A stretch of 64,000 nt of DNA from an uncultured Planctomycetota bacterium (GTDB taxonomy: Bacteria > Planctomycetota > Planctomycetia > Isosphaerales > Isosphaeraceae): the NCBI GenBank assembly GCA_963737655.1, contig CAVTTN010000002.1:608001-672000 (forward strand), given 5' to 3'. The notes beneath the pieces are model-generated. The model was not told where the DNA came from. It saw only the letters and a list, made by a program, of their open reading frames with translations, and did not search any database. This document shows, in pieces, positions 30,178 through 40,949 of the stretch; positions within the stretch are counted from its first letter, which is position 1; every line of letters starts with the position of its first letter. A program made the position numbers and the translations under genes.

Positions 30178-30411
30178 GCCGACCGGCCTTCCCGACCCCT
30201 TCTTCGACATTTTTTCGCAAAACCACTCCAAATCTGCCACACCGTTGACAAAACCTCGTCTCGGCTATAAATAACAATAGCAGACACGGCCCGCGGCGCG
30301 GCTGGCCCCCCCTTGGTCCGGACGATGGTTTCCGTCCGACTCCCACGATCGCGCCGTTGGGTCTCGATGACCCGGCCGTGTTCGTGTCTGTGGATCGAAG
30401 GACTCTCCCCG

Positions 30412-31176
30412 ATGGCTCGCCGCAAGAATCAACCCGACTCGGTCCGCGTGAAATGCTTCCTCTCGGAGAGGCTCCGCCAGATCCGGGTCGAGCTCTACGG
30501 CGAGCGGGGAGGGTCGGAGATGGCCCGTCGGCTCTCCCTGCCGATCCGCACCTGGTACAATTATGAATCGGGCGTGACCGTGCCGGCCGAAGTGATGCTC
30601 CGGTTCGTGGAGTTGACCAACGCGGAGCCGATGTGGCTCCTCCATGGGAAGGGCCCGAAGTTCCGGGCCGCGGCGGCCCCGGCCGGGGGGGACTCGGTCG
30701 AGGCCCTCCTCCGAACGGCCTTGCTGCGGCTGGAGGCCCAGGGGCCCGACACCAACGGATCGGCCGCCCGCGACTCGGATGAGAACGACTTGATCCGGGT
30801 CGATGGCGCCGACCACGAGCGGATCACCAACGAGGCCGGGCCGCGCTACCAGGCCGCCCACCGCGAATGGCTGGCCGCCCATCGCGATTGCCGCTCGTTG
30901 CGGATCGAGGGGGACGCCATGGCCCCGGTCGTGGCCGATGGCGCGTTCGTCGCCTATTCCGAGGACGAGGATGACCTCGGCGACCTCACGGGCAACCTCG
31001 TCGTCGCCTGGGTCGAAGGCAAGCCGATCGTCCGATGGTTCGAGCTCTCCGGCCGGTTCGCGGTCCTCCGCGCCGAGAACCCCGCCTGCGAGCCGGCCAC
31101 GGTCCTGATCGACCTGGACGGCCCCGCCTCGGCGCGCCGAGTCCGCAAGGTCCTCTGGATCTCGACGCCCCACTGA
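30412..31176 (+). CDS. XRE-type HTH plus S24-like domain transcriptional regulator
   Basis: LSERLRQIR...MARRLSLPIRTWYNYESG...EPMWLLHGKG; LRIEGDAMAPVVADGAFV...LRAENP...VRKVLW. Confidence 0.82.
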   Translation: MARRKNQPDSVRVKCFLSERLRQIRVELYGERGGSEMARRLSLPIRTWYNYESGVTVPAEVMLRFVELTNAEPMWLLHGKGPKFRAAAAPAGGDSVEALLRTALLRLEAQGPDTNGSAARDSDENDLIRVDGADHERITNEAGPRYQAAHREWLAAHRDCRSLRIEGDAMAPVVADGAFVAYSEDEDDLGDLTGNLVVAWVEGKPIVRWFELSGRFAVLRAENPACEPATVLIDLDGPASARRVRKVLWISTPH

Positions 31177-31207
31177 TCCGGCCCGAGCCGATCGCGGAGA
31201 GCCGCAC

Positions 31208-31519
31208 TCACCAGCCGGGACAGGCATCCAGGCACGGCAAGATCAGGATCTTGCCGTCTCCCATCCGCCCGGTCCGGGCCTGACCCACGATCGCCCGGAT
31301 CGCGGCCGGGGCGTCCTCGTCGCGCACGAAGACGCTAATCTCAACCTTGGGCAAGTACGCCAGGTTGAACTCGCTGCCAAGATAACGATGAAGCCGGCTC
31401 TTCTGCCGCCCGTAACCCATCGCCTCGCGAACGGTCCCGGCCAGGACGTCCACATCGGCCAGGGCTTCCAGGACCCCTTGCGCTCGGAACGGCTTGATCA
31501 GGGCGATGAGCTGTACCAC
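31208..31519 (-). CDS. PII-family signalling protein (atypical, short)
   Basis: IKPFR, GYGRQK, LPKVEI, ARTGRMGDGKILI. Confidence 0.88.
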   Translation of the reverse strand: MVQLIALIKPFRAQGVLEALADVDVLAGTVREAMGYGRQKSRLHRYLGSEFNLAYLPKVEISVFVRDEDAPAAIRAIVGQARTGRMGDGKILILPCLDACPGW

Positions 31520-31677
31520 GACGAGCCTCGGGTGGGTCGGTCCGGGAGAAGTCCGCGGTCCGCGGTCCGCAGATCAAGGACGAGTCCCGAGGCCCTTGAC
31601 AATGCCCCGGGTCCGCCCCAAATTGGGGAAAGACCCCGGCTTCCGGCCGGGCGACCGAAGACGGCCCGAGGTGCCCC

Positions 31678-32451
31678 ATGAAGCGGTTCACGGCGATGCT
31701 CCTGACCTCCACCGCGGTGATCGCCGGATGCGGCGTGAAGGCCTACGAGATCCGCATGGAGCGGACTCTGGAGCAGAAGAAGTACGAGCAGAAGGTCAAT
31801 ACCTACCTGAACGCGGCGCCCAAGGACAAGGCCTTCGGCGAGAATAACGTGTGGGTCCGCTCGCCCAAGCCGATGGTGGAAGGGTCGTTCATGCTGTCCA
31901 ACCCCACCCCGGCGATGTGGGACCTGGCCGCGAGCTTCCAGGGCGCCCCGCCGCCCCCCAAGCAGGCCAACGAGAACGCTCCGCCCCCGGCCGCCCTGCC
32001 GCCGATGAAGCTCCACGTCCTGGCCCGGGCCAAGCCCAAGCCCGCCAAGAAGGGCGCCCCGGCCCCCGACCCCGCCAAGGCCGGTCGGGGCGACTTCACC
32101 GCCGACGTCAAGGCCCTCCTGGCCAACGACTTCGGCGCTGCCGACGGCAAGACGACCGACGAGGTCACCAAGCACTCGCAGAACCGCTTCAAGAGGCTGA
32201 TCTTCCAGTCTCCCACCAACGGCGACAACATCGAGGTCTACTTCTACGATTACAATAAGAAGGAAATGGAAGTCGCCCTGATCTTCGACATCCCGCCGGC
32301 CGTGAAGAAGGTCCCGATGGGCAGCCAGGCGGTGGAATTCTGCCTCGATGCCTTCGCCGCCGGCCGGAAGGCGCGAGCGTTGTTCAACGGCGGGTCCGCC
32401 GAGGAGGCCGGAGGATCGCCCGCCAAGGCGACCGAAGGGCCGGCGTTCTAG
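31678..32451 (+). CDS. Hypothetical lipoprotein
   Basis: MKRFTAMLLTSTAVIAGC lipobox; GAGGT RBS. Confidence 0.78.
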   Translation: MKRFTAMLLTSTAVIAGCGVKAYEIRMERTLEQKKYEQKVNTYLNAAPKDKAFGENNVWVRSPKPMVEGSFMLSNPTPAMWDLAASFQGAPPPPKQANENAPPPAALPPMKLHVLARAKPKPAKKGAPAPDPAKAGRGDFTADVKALLANDFGAADGKTTDEVTKHSQNRFKRLIFQSPTNGDNIEVYFYDYNKKEMEVALIFDIPPAVKKVPMGSQAVEFCLDAFAAGRKARALFNGGSAEEAGGSPAKATEGPAF

Positions 32452-32597
32452 GCGCGATCGCCCGGGCGGTCCGAGGATCGAACGACCCTTCCCTCGATTC
32501 CGATGGCCCGGGCGTTCTGGTAGGATGGATCCCGGCGACCGCGCCGGTTCGCCCTTCGAGATCGCCGGCCGGCTCTGCCTCCAGGGACTTCGCCTCG

Positions 32598-33341
32598 ATG
32601 AATGGATACAGCCTCGACGCCGACGACGTGTTCGTGAACGTGAACCTCAACACCGTGATGGACCTTCCCGAGGGCCGCGATACCGTCCTCCACTACTTCG
32701 AGCAGATGAAGAAGGCGTACCCCGAGTTGAGGAACCTCTCGACTCGCGAGGGGGGCGATATCGTCCTCGAAGGGGACAAGGATCGCCCGAGTTACCGCTG
32801 GCTCGCCCTGGAGGCCCGGCGGCTCTGCTCGGGCCACGTGAACCCCGAGGCCCTGGAAGACGCCTACGCCCAGCACGAATTGATGCTGGAAGTCGCCCCC
32901 CACCTGCTGACCATCAGCGTCCTGGACTGCGAGGCCCTGGACGTCATGTACGGGTTCGACTTCACTTATGAAGGCAACCACGACGAGATCGTGGCCGAGG
33001 CGCTGGGGCTGGGGCCGTCGCTCGAATCGTTGCTGGAAGTCCCCGGCGCCCGCGTCCTCCACTTCGAGCCGTCGATGACCCTGGCCCTGGAAGAGACCTG
33101 CCGGCTCCAGTGCCGCCTGTCGATCGAGACCCGGACCAACGCCTTCCAGGTCCGCACCGGCGAGTACCCGGACGAGCAGATCAGCGTCTATTTCACCGTC
33201 CGCCAGCACTGGGGGACCGGCTCGGACCGCTCGTTCGTCGATTCCTTCCGCCGCCAGAGGGAGATCGGCGAGGAGATCGTCATGGAGCGGATCATCCCCA
33301 GGATCGTCCGGCCCCTGGCCCGAGCGATCGCCTCCCGCTGA
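32598..33341 (+). CDS. Hypothetical protein
   Basis: 247-aa ORF with strong coding codon bias and globular composition. Confidence 0.78.
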   Translation: MNGYSLDADDVFVNVNLNTVMDLPEGRDTVLHYFEQMKKAYPELRNLSTREGGDIVLEGDKDRPSYRWLALEARRLCSGHVNPEALEDAYAQHELMLEVAPHLLTISVLDCEALDVMYGFDFTYEGNHDEIVAEALGLGPSLESLLEVPGARVLHFEPSMTLALEETCRLQCRLSIETRTNAFQVRTGEYPDEQISVYFTVRQHWGTGSDRSFVDSFRRQREIGEEIVMERIIPRIVRPLARAIASR

Positions 33342-33364
33342 CTTTTTTCGGAAGAGGCGAGCCG

Positions 33365-34621
33365 ATGCCCCGTCTCAGCGCGTTCGCTCGCGACCTGAAG
33401 GCCGAGACGGCGTTCACCGTCCTGGCCCTCGCGCGGTCGTTGAAGGCCCGGGGCAAGGACGTCGTGGAGCTGGAGATCGGCGATAGCCCGTTCCCGACGA
33501 CCCCTCACGCCAAGGCCGCCGGGATCGCCGCCATCGAAGCCAACCACACCGGCTACGGCCCGAGCCTCGGCCTCCCCGCCTTCCGAGAGGCCGCCGCCCG
33601 GTCGCTCCGCGAGGAGTTCGGACTGGACGTGACGGCCGAGAACATCGTCGCCGGCTCGGGCGCGAAGCCGTTCGAGCAGTTCTTCGCCGAAGCCTTCCTG
33701 GAGCCCGGCGATGGCGTCCTGATCTTCGGCCCGCAGTTCCCGACCTACGCCCCGAACCTCCAGAGGCGAGGGGCCCGGCCCGTGACGGTCCCTCTGCGAC
33801 CCGAGCACGCCTTCCGCCCTCGGGCCGAGGACGTGGCCCGGTTCCTCGCCACCGACCCGAAGCCCCGGGCCGTCTTCCTCAACTCGCCGCACAACCCGAC
33901 CGGAGGCGTGGCCACCCGGGACGACCTGCGGGCCATCGCCAACGTCGTCCGGGGCACGGACCTCATGGTCTTCTCCGACGAGCCGTACTGCCACATGGTC
34001 TGGGACGGTCGGCATGAGTCGATCCTGGCCGAACCCGGGATGATCGACCATGTGGTCTCGGCCTTCACCTTCAGCAAGTCCTACAGCATGAGCGGATGGC
34101 GGATCGGCTTCGCGGCGGCCCATCCCGAGGTCGTCCGGGCCATCGGGACGATGATCAACACCACCGCCTCCTGCTCCCCTCCGTTCGTCCAGATCGCCGC
34201 GACGGCCGCCCTCGAACGGGACTCGGCCACTCGCGATGACTACATGGCCAGGTTCCGCCGCAAGGTGGATTTCCTGGCCGACGGCCTCTCGCGGATCGAG
34301 GGCATCTCCGTGGTGAAGCCGGCCGGGACGTTCTACGTCTTCCCCGACGTCCGGCCGATCTGCCGGAGGCTCGGGCTGACGTCGATGGGCGTGGCCCTCT
34401 TCCTCCTCGACGGCGCCGACGACGAGTTCGGCGTCGCCTGCCTCGGAGGCGAGTCGTTCGGCCCCGAAGGGGCAGGGTTCTTGCGGTTCAGTTGTGCCGA
34501 GGGTGACGAGCGGATCGCCCAGGCCCTCGCCTTCCTGCCCGACGCCTTGACCCGCCGCGACCGAGCGGCCCGGTTCGCCTTGGCCCACCCCCATCTCGCG
34601 ATGAAGCCGGGAGAATTGTAG
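33365..34621 (+). CDS. PLP-dependent aminotransferase, class I/II
   Basis: LEIGDSPF, YGPSLGLPAFR, LNSPHNPTGG, SDEPY, FSKSYSMSGWRIG, GFLRFS. Confidence 0.92.
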   Translation: MPRLSAFARDLKAETAFTVLALARSLKARGKDVVELEIGDSPFPTTPHAKAAGIAAIEANHTGYGPSLGLPAFREAAARSLREEFGLDVTAENIVAGSGAKPFEQFFAEAFLEPGDGVLIFGPQFPTYAPNLQRRGARPVTVPLRPEHAFRPRAEDVARFLATDPKPRAVFLNSPHNPTGGVATRDDLRAIANVVRGTDLMVFSDEPYCHMVWDGRHESILAEPGMIDHVVSAFTFSKSYSMSGWRIGFAAAHPEVVRAIGTMINTTASCSPPFVQIAATAALERDSATRDDYMARFRRKVDFLADGLSRIEGISVVKPAGTFYVFPDVRPICRRLGLTSMGVALFLLDGADDEFGVACLGGESFGPEGAGFLRFSCAEGDERIAQALAFLPDALTRRDRAARFALAHPHLAMKPGEL

Positions 34622-34643
34622 GGTCCGCAATCGCGGACCCTAC
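34618..34643. repeat. GTAG-type REP-like palindrome between convergent genes (possible bidirectional terminator)
   Basis: GTAGGGTCCGC-AATC-GCGGACCCTAC, perfect 11-bp stem. Confidence 0.75.
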
Positions 34644-34653
34644 GAAGACCCGT

Positions 34654-36129
34654 TCATGGCGCCTTCGGAATGTTGTTCATGGTGTAATAAGCTTCCTTGT
34701 GGAGCAGAGGGAGGCCCGAGGCGGACTTCACTCCGTCGAGATGGAGTTCGTGGACGTGCCCTTCCTCCAGCTTGTCCACCACCAGGCGGACGGACTTGCC
34801 GTCGGCCGAGACCTCGGCCTTCGCGATCTTCGGCTGGGTCTGATCGACCTCGGGGCTGCCGTAGCTGGCCTGATAAATATAGGTGTACGTTTCCATTTTG
34901 TAGGACTTGGGATCGCCGGCCGTCCCGGGATCGACGGGCTCGGTGAACTTGAGCTCGAAGCCGTCGGGCCGGGCGCTCATCGAGAGCACTTCGAACGGGG
35001 TTTTCCCCGTCCAGACGATCCGTTCGAGGCCCCATTCCTTGGAGCCTCGCGAGCCCCACCCGCGGTTGGTCTCGCCGACGAACATCGAGCCGTCCTTGCC
35101 GAACAGGTTCGGCACGCAGCCGCACTGGAGGCCCTGGCGGAACGGGAAGCAGGCCCCTTGATAGCGGCCGTCCACCTTCTCCAGGAACACGCGCATCTGC
35201 ATGCTCGCGAGCTGGTCGCCCACGAAGAGCTGGTCGGTGAACGGGCCGAACTTGCCGCCGGAGCGGTCGCAGGCGATCCCGGCGGCCGACTGGCCCATCT
35301 TGGGATAGGGGAAATAGACGGCGGGCGCCCTGAGCTTGGGGATCCTCTTGACCTCGACGGCCATCCGGGAGCCGGACTTCGGGCTCTCCGGCACCTGGCC
35401 GAGCTCGGGGGCCTGGTCATACCAGCGGTGGCCGTCGGGGTGGCCGACGAATGCGCCGGGTTCGAGGTATTTGATCGAGCAGGCGCCGTTCCACGGCCCC
35501 TGGTTCTCGGCATAGAACATGTCCCCGGCCGCGTTCATCCCCATGCCCCCGGGGGAGCGGAGGCCGGAGGTCGTCGGGATCGCCTTGCCCTCGGGGGTGA
35601 TCCTCAGGGCCCAGCCCCGGAACTTCGCCTCGCTGGTGAACGACCCGGTCAGGCAGAGGGCGACCCAGAGGTTGCCGTCCCGATCGAACTTCGAGCAGAA
35701 CGCGTATTCATGATAGTCGCCGGTGATCCCCCACGAGTCGCAGAACGTCTCGAACAGGTCGGCGCGGCCGTCGCCGTCCTCGTCCTTGATCCGGGAGACC
35801 TCGCCGCGTTGGGTCACATAAAGCCAGCCGTCGCGATAGGCGAGGCCGAGGATCTCGTGCATCCCGGAGGCGAACAGCTTGAACTTCGAGTCCTTCGCCG
35901 GGTCGTCGGCATAGGGGTTGGAGACCAGGTAGATCTCCCCCCGGCGGGTGCCCACGGCCAGGGTGTCGCCGGGCATCCATTCCAGGGCCCCGGCCTCCAG
36001 GACCACGTCCTTGGGCGGGGCGAAGGTGAGGACCTTGTAATAGTCCTCCTCCTTCGGGTCGGCCGCGAGTGCGGCCGGGGCGAAGATCAGGGCGGCCAGG
36101 GCCGCGATCAGCTTGGGGCCGTTCTTCAT
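34654..36129 (-). CDS. Secreted beta-propeller protein (glucose/sorbosone dehydrogenase-like), likely partner of the adjacent cytochrome c
   Basis: Signal peptide, [62 protein letters not shown]. Confidence 0.8.
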   Translation of the reverse strand: MKNGPKLIAALAALIFAPAALAADPKEEDYYKVLTFAPPKDVVLEAGALEWMPGDTLAVGTRRGEIYLVSNPYADDPAKDSKFKLFASGMHEILGLAYRDGWLYVTQRGEVSRIKDEDGDGRADLFETFCDSWGITGDYHEYAFCSKFDRDGNLWVALCLTGSFTSEAKFRGWALRITPEGKAIPTTSGLRSPGGMGMNAAGDMFYAENQGPWNGACSIKYLEPGAFVGHPDGHRWYDQAPELGQVPESPKSGSRMAVEVKRIPKLRAPAVYFPYPKMGQSAAGIACDRSGGKFGPFTDQLFVGDQLASMQMRVFLEKVDGRYQGACFPFRQGLQCGCVPNLFGKDGSMFVGETNRGWGSRGSKEWGLERIVWTGKTPFEVLSMSARPDGFELKFTEPVDPGTAGDPKSYKMETYTYIYQASYGSPEVDQTQPKIAKAEVSADGKSVRLVVDKLEEGHVHELHLDGVKSASGLPLLHKEAYYTMNNIPKAP

Positions 36130-36417
36130 GGGAGATGGGTCTCGAATATCGACCCCTCGGAGGCCGAGGGTTCGCAGGGTTCGTGTTGGGTTCGTCCGGT
36201 TCGGATTCCGCACCTCGCTGTTTCCCGAAGTCCTGATCTATCAGCCCTTTGGGGAAACCGCGACTGGGCTTTTCGGAAATCTGAGGATTGGAAAATCTCG
36301 GGATTCTCGGCCGAGGTCGCCGCGATCGTCGCGAGATCGGAGGGGCACGGCCAGGTCCGGCGTCCCGAAGTCATCATCGAATGATTCCGTCTCGCCGATC
36401 GTCCCTGACGGCGGACT

Positions 36418-39179
36418 TCACCACCGATACGTCTGAGTCAACCGGGCCGAGTCTCCCTCGAATTTCACCGGGACGAGCAGCTCGGCCTTGCCGCCGACTT
36501 GCCGGACGAACGGCTTGGCTCCGCCTTCGACCTTCGTGGCCCATTCGCCGTCTACGAGGTAGGAACCGTCGGGTTTGGCCTCGATCTTGTTCCCGGAGGC
36601 GGCGCGGAAGTAGAAATTCGGGCGCCGCCGGGGGCGGTCAGGGCGATGGTTCGTTTCAGGGAGGCCGATTCCTTCGCCGAGCTCGGTTTCACGGCGTCGG
36701 GCGTGTCCTCGACCTTCACCGGGCCGACTTCGTAGAGGAATGTGGGGCGGCGTTCTTTCGAGAGGCGATAGCCTCGGAAGCGGAAGCCGTTGAACTTCGC
36801 CAGGAAGCTCGGCCAGGGCTCGGTCTCGCTCTTCAGGGTGGCGAAGCTCGGGCCGTCGGCCATGGCGACGATGTTGTCGCCCATCGGCGGCTGGAACCCC
36901 TCGCCTCGGCCGGTCCAGTGTTTGGAGGCGTCCATGAACCCGCCCTGCCAGATCAGGGCGATCCGGCCCTGGTTGGCGTCGAACGCGAGGTTCGCCCCCT
37001 CGGGATAGCCGACGCCGATCCCCCGGGTGCCGGCCCCCTCGATGAACGCCCGGTAGATCACCGCTTCCTTCTCCGCGATCAGGGGGATCGGCGATCGGCC
37101 GATGCCGAAGGGCACGGTGGCGCGGTCGCCGTCGGAGAGATATTGCCAGACGGCCTCGATTTGCTTGCGGGAGTCGCCGTCGAGGATGTCGGGCAGGGCG
37201 CTCTCGGGGTTCGGCCACGACGAGGGCATCCGCGTCCCGGGCCGGTAGGCTTGCGGGTTGATCACGTAGGGGACGAACCAATCGTGGCGGAGCCTCCGGG
37301 TCATGATCGTGAGGTCCAGCGCCGGGATGCCCTGCGACTTGATCCCCCGGAAGTTGTGGCACTGGACGCACCCGAACGCCTGGGTCCCCACCAGATGCCG
37401 GCCCGTCGCCTTGATCTTCTTCTCCGGCTGGGAGAGCTCCACGGGGGGCACCGGCGCGAGCGGGTCGGCCGTCTCGAACGCCTTCGCGAGCCCTCCGACG
37501 TTCCCTCCGCCGAATTTCGGCATCCTCGTGAGCATGTAAGGACGATCCTTGGCCCCATCATTCAACACATGAGCGAGCCATTCGGCCGTGAGCTTGCCGC
37601 CCACCCCGTTGAGGTGAGGGGGGATCGTCCCTTCGTCGCCCAGGTCCTGATAGGTCGTCTGGAACGAGGCCCGCCGAGCCTCCTCGACGCCCCCGATCCC
37701 GCCCCTCTGGTGGCAGGCGTAGCAGTTGAAGGCGGTCATCGTCCGCGAGATGGTGGTCGGGACGTCGGGCGGGGCCGGGGCCCTGGCCAGGGCCCCAAGG
37801 GCCGAGCCGATCGCGGCCCTCTGGCGGTCGTCCAGCGAGTAGTTGGCGGAGGACTTCGTCGGATTCGGCGCGAGGCAGCCGGAATCGATTTTCAGGGTGG
37901 CGAGCCCGGCGGTGGTGAGCGTCGATTCGATCTTCTTGCCGTCCTTCACGAGCTGATGGCACGAGGCGCAGCCGATCGATGCGAACAGCTCCCGGCCCTT
38001 CTTCGCGAGCTCGGGGTCGGGCGTCAGTTGGTCTTTCGGGTCGGTCTCCTCCTTTGGACGCTGCTCGCGGAGCGAGACCATCGGCTCGATCGACCGCCGG
38101 CCGACGTTCCGGGTCTCGAGATCCACCGAGAGATCGGCGCCGGCCCCTCCGTTGAAGAACCCGACGACGACCTTGTGGGTCCCCCTGGCCAGCCGGACCG
38201 ATTTCGAGGAGGTTTGCGGGGGGTGGATGCCGTCATTGTCCACCACGAGCTTGTCGTCGATCCAGAGCTTCGCGCCGTCGTCGGACGTGACGTGGAAGGT
38301 GTACCGATCGTCGCGGTCGAGGTGGAGGAAGCCCTCGAAACGCAGGGCCGAGTTGTTCACTCGCGAGGCGAGGCTCAGGTCGAGGCCGATCGATTCGCCC
38401 TGCTTGACGGGTTGCAGGGTGTCGAGGTCCGGGAGCTTCTCCCAGTCCCCTTCGTAGGCGCGGAAGGCGAAATTCGGGCGGCCCTGGGCCTTCGAGTCCT
38501 TCAGGAGGTAATTCGCGAGGGCGAACGCCTCGTCTCCCTGGAGGTTCAGCGAGGGCATCCGTCCCGAGGGGCGGGCCTGATGGGGGTCGGCGAGGAAGGC
38601 GCGGAGGCTGCCCACGGTGTACTTGGCGGCGAGGTCGGGCAGGGGGGCCGAGGTGGCCAGAGGGGCCGAGTCCCCCTCGCGGGGGCCGTGGCAGGCGAGG
38701 CAGCCGACGTGCTCATAGAGCGCCCGGCCCGCATCGATCGCCCGGCGATCGACGGCCGAATCGCTCGGCGCCCCGGTCGAGGCGAGGAAGTGGACGAGGG
38801 CTTCCACGGCGTCGGCCCGCTCCTGGCCTTCGAGCCGGCCGAGGACGTCCGGCATGGTCGTCCCGGGCTTCGCGGCCGACGGCCCGGCGAGGAACGCCCG
38901 GAGGAACCCGGGCTTGACCCGCGACCCCACGGCGTCGAGCACCGGGGCCTGCTTCTTGAGCAACTGGGCGTCCTGGCCGGCGTCCGACCGGTGGCAGGAC
39001 GTGCAATTGAGCTCGCCCAGCAGGAGCAGGCCGCCGGCGACGGCGTCCGATCCGGCCTCCGAGTGGAATCGTTCGAATCCGGGCACGGCGGGGCGGCGAG
39101 GCTCGGCAGAGGAGGCGATCGGGACGAGGACGGCGAGCAGCGCGAAGGGCGCGAGGATGCGCCGGCAGGCAAGAGTCAT
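36418..39179 (-). CDS. Multi-heme c-type cytochrome with PA14 domain; apparent frameshift at about 36621
   Basis: CxxCH motifs CTSCH, CLACH, CASCH, CYACH, CVQCH; PA14 motif YTFHVTSDDGAKLWID..VVDNDGIH. Confidence 0.85.
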
Positions 39180-39444
39180 CCCGGAGGGTCTCCCGGAGGG
39201 GAATTCGAGCGGTTCCGCCGATTGGACCACGGACGCCGGACGTAAGCAATCCACCGTCGCTCCCGCCGCGGGGACGGTCGGATTTCTTCCTGCCGGACGG
39301 GGGGACGGGCGGCTCCCTCCGCGAAAGTGAATAGCCCTGGGTTCGCGGCCGATCGCGATTGACCGATCGGGCCGATCGGGCTACCTTCGGCGGCCCGCGC
39401 GAGGCCGCCCGGCTTCGACCCGCCACCGGAGAGGGACAGCCCAG

Positions 39445-40179
39445 ATGAGGTGGACTCTTGCGATCGTGGCCGGGGCCGTGGGGTTCGGGGCCGGGTGCGG
39501 CTCGACGAAGATGACCAGCACCCCCAGGACCGGCACGGAGATGCTCCTGCTGACCAACGCCTGGGACGAAGCCGTCCGCAAGGTCGATTTCCGCCCGCTG
39601 GCCGGCGTGCCGGTCTATCTCGATCCCCAGTACGTCGCCGCCGTCGATCAGGGTTGGGTCGTCTCCAGCCTCCGCCAGGCCATGCTCTCGCAGGGCGTCC
39701 TGCTCAAGAGCAAGCCGGAGCAGGCGCAGTGGATCGTCGAGGCGCGGGTCGGCGCGTACGGGACGGACGATTACAGCCTGCTGGTGGGCGTCCCCCAGAC
39801 GACGATTCCTTCGACGCTCCCGGGCATCCCCTCGGGCACGATCCCCGAGATCCCCCTGATCAAGCGGTCCGACCAGCACGCGCTGGCCAAGCTCGCGCTC
39901 TTCGCCTACGACCGGACCAGCGGCGGAGTGGTCTGGGAATCGGGGACGGCCCTGGCCACCTCGAACGCGAAGGATACGTTCGTCGGCGGGATCGGCCCGA
40001 TCCAGGGCGGGACGATCCGCAAGAAGAACCGCTGGATCGGCGTGAACCTGCCGATGCTCTCGGACCCCGAGCCGGTCGCCGCGCCCGATGGGCCGAGCCG
40101 ATCGTCGAAGGCCACGGGGCCGACGCCGATGGGCCTGCCCGATTCGGCCTCGGACCTCCGCTCCTTCCGGCCCGAGTAG
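39445..40179 (+). CDS. Lipoprotein, DUF6655-like
   Basis: GAGC lipobox, PRTGTEMLLLTNAWD, VEARVGAYGTD, AKLALFAYDRTSG. Confidence 0.7.
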   Translation: MRWTLAIVAGAVGFGAGCGSTKMTSTPRTGTEMLLLTNAWDEAVRKVDFRPLAGVPVYLDPQYVAAVDQGWVVSSLRQAMLSQGVLLKSKPEQAQWIVEARVGAYGTDDYSLLVGVPQTTIPSTLPGIPSGTIPEIPLIKRSDQHALAKLALFAYDRTSGGVVWESGTALATSNAKDTFVGGIGPIQGGTIRKKNRWIGVNLPMLSDPEPVAAPDGPSRSSKATGPTPMGLPDSASDLRSFRPE

Positions 40180-40320
40180 GGCGGGGGCGATCGGCCCTCG
40201 TCCATCGCGGGGAATGCGTGCGGCGGCCCGCCCCGGCCCTACGGGATCGGGCCCCGATCTGGTAGAATCCTTCCGGCCTTCGCGGGCCGAGACGGGACGC
40301 ACGCCGCATCGGAGCCTCGC

Positions 40321-40850
40321 ATGCTGCCCGAGCCGATCGAACTTCGCGACTACATCCGCGACATCCCGGACTTCCCCAAGCCGGGCATCCTGTTCAAGGA
40401 CATCACGCCCCTCCTCGGCCATCCCGAGGCGTTCCGAGACGCCGTGGACCGGCTGGCCCGGGCCTTCGCCGACCAGAGGCTCGACGCGATCGCCGCGGCC
40501 GAGGCCCGAGGTTTCATCTTCGGGGCCCCCTGGCCCTGGCCTTGAACGTCGGCTTCGTGCCGATCCGCAAGCCGGGCAAGCTGCCCTACGCCACGATCGC
40601 GATGGAGTACCAGCTCGAATACGGGAGCGACCGGCTGGAGGTCCACAGCGACGCCCTGAAGCCCGGCGCCCGGGTCCTCCTGCTCGACGACGTCCTGGCG
40701 ACCGGGGGGACGATGCGGGCCTGCATCGACCTGATCGAGCAGGCCGGGGCGGAGGTCGCCGCCTGCGCCTTCGTCCTGGAGCTGGACGTCCTCAAGGGCC
40801 GGGAGAAGCTCGCCCCCCACGAGGTCTTCAGCCTGCTCCGCTACGCGTAG
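40321..40850 (+). CDS. apt: Adenine phosphoribosyltransferase; apparent frameshift in C-run 40526-40530
   Basis: [53 protein letters not shown]. Confidence 0.93.
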
Positions 40851-40893
40851 GGTGCATGCAATGCACCGTCGAGTCGGGCGGGTGAAACCCGCC
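40847..40893 (+). repeat. Two tandem REP-like hairpins between convergent apt and bamA
   Basis: GTAG-GGTGCAT-GCA-ATGCACC (40847-40867) and GTCG-GGCGGGT-GAA-ACCCGCC (40873-40893). Confidence 0.65.
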
Positions 40894-40949
40894 AACAGGC
40901 GGTGGCCGAAGGCCGCCCACCGATCAGGACGGGCCTGCGTGAGGTCGGC

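Noticed and set aside
31551..31570. GTCCGCG heptamer repeated about three times upstream of the PII gene
   Set aside because: Too short to distinguish from chance in GC-rich DNA.
40321..40850. Programmed frameshifting or phase variation in apt and other split genes
   Set aside because: Runs are short, the genes are unrelated and no slippery-site pattern is shared; assembly error is simpler.
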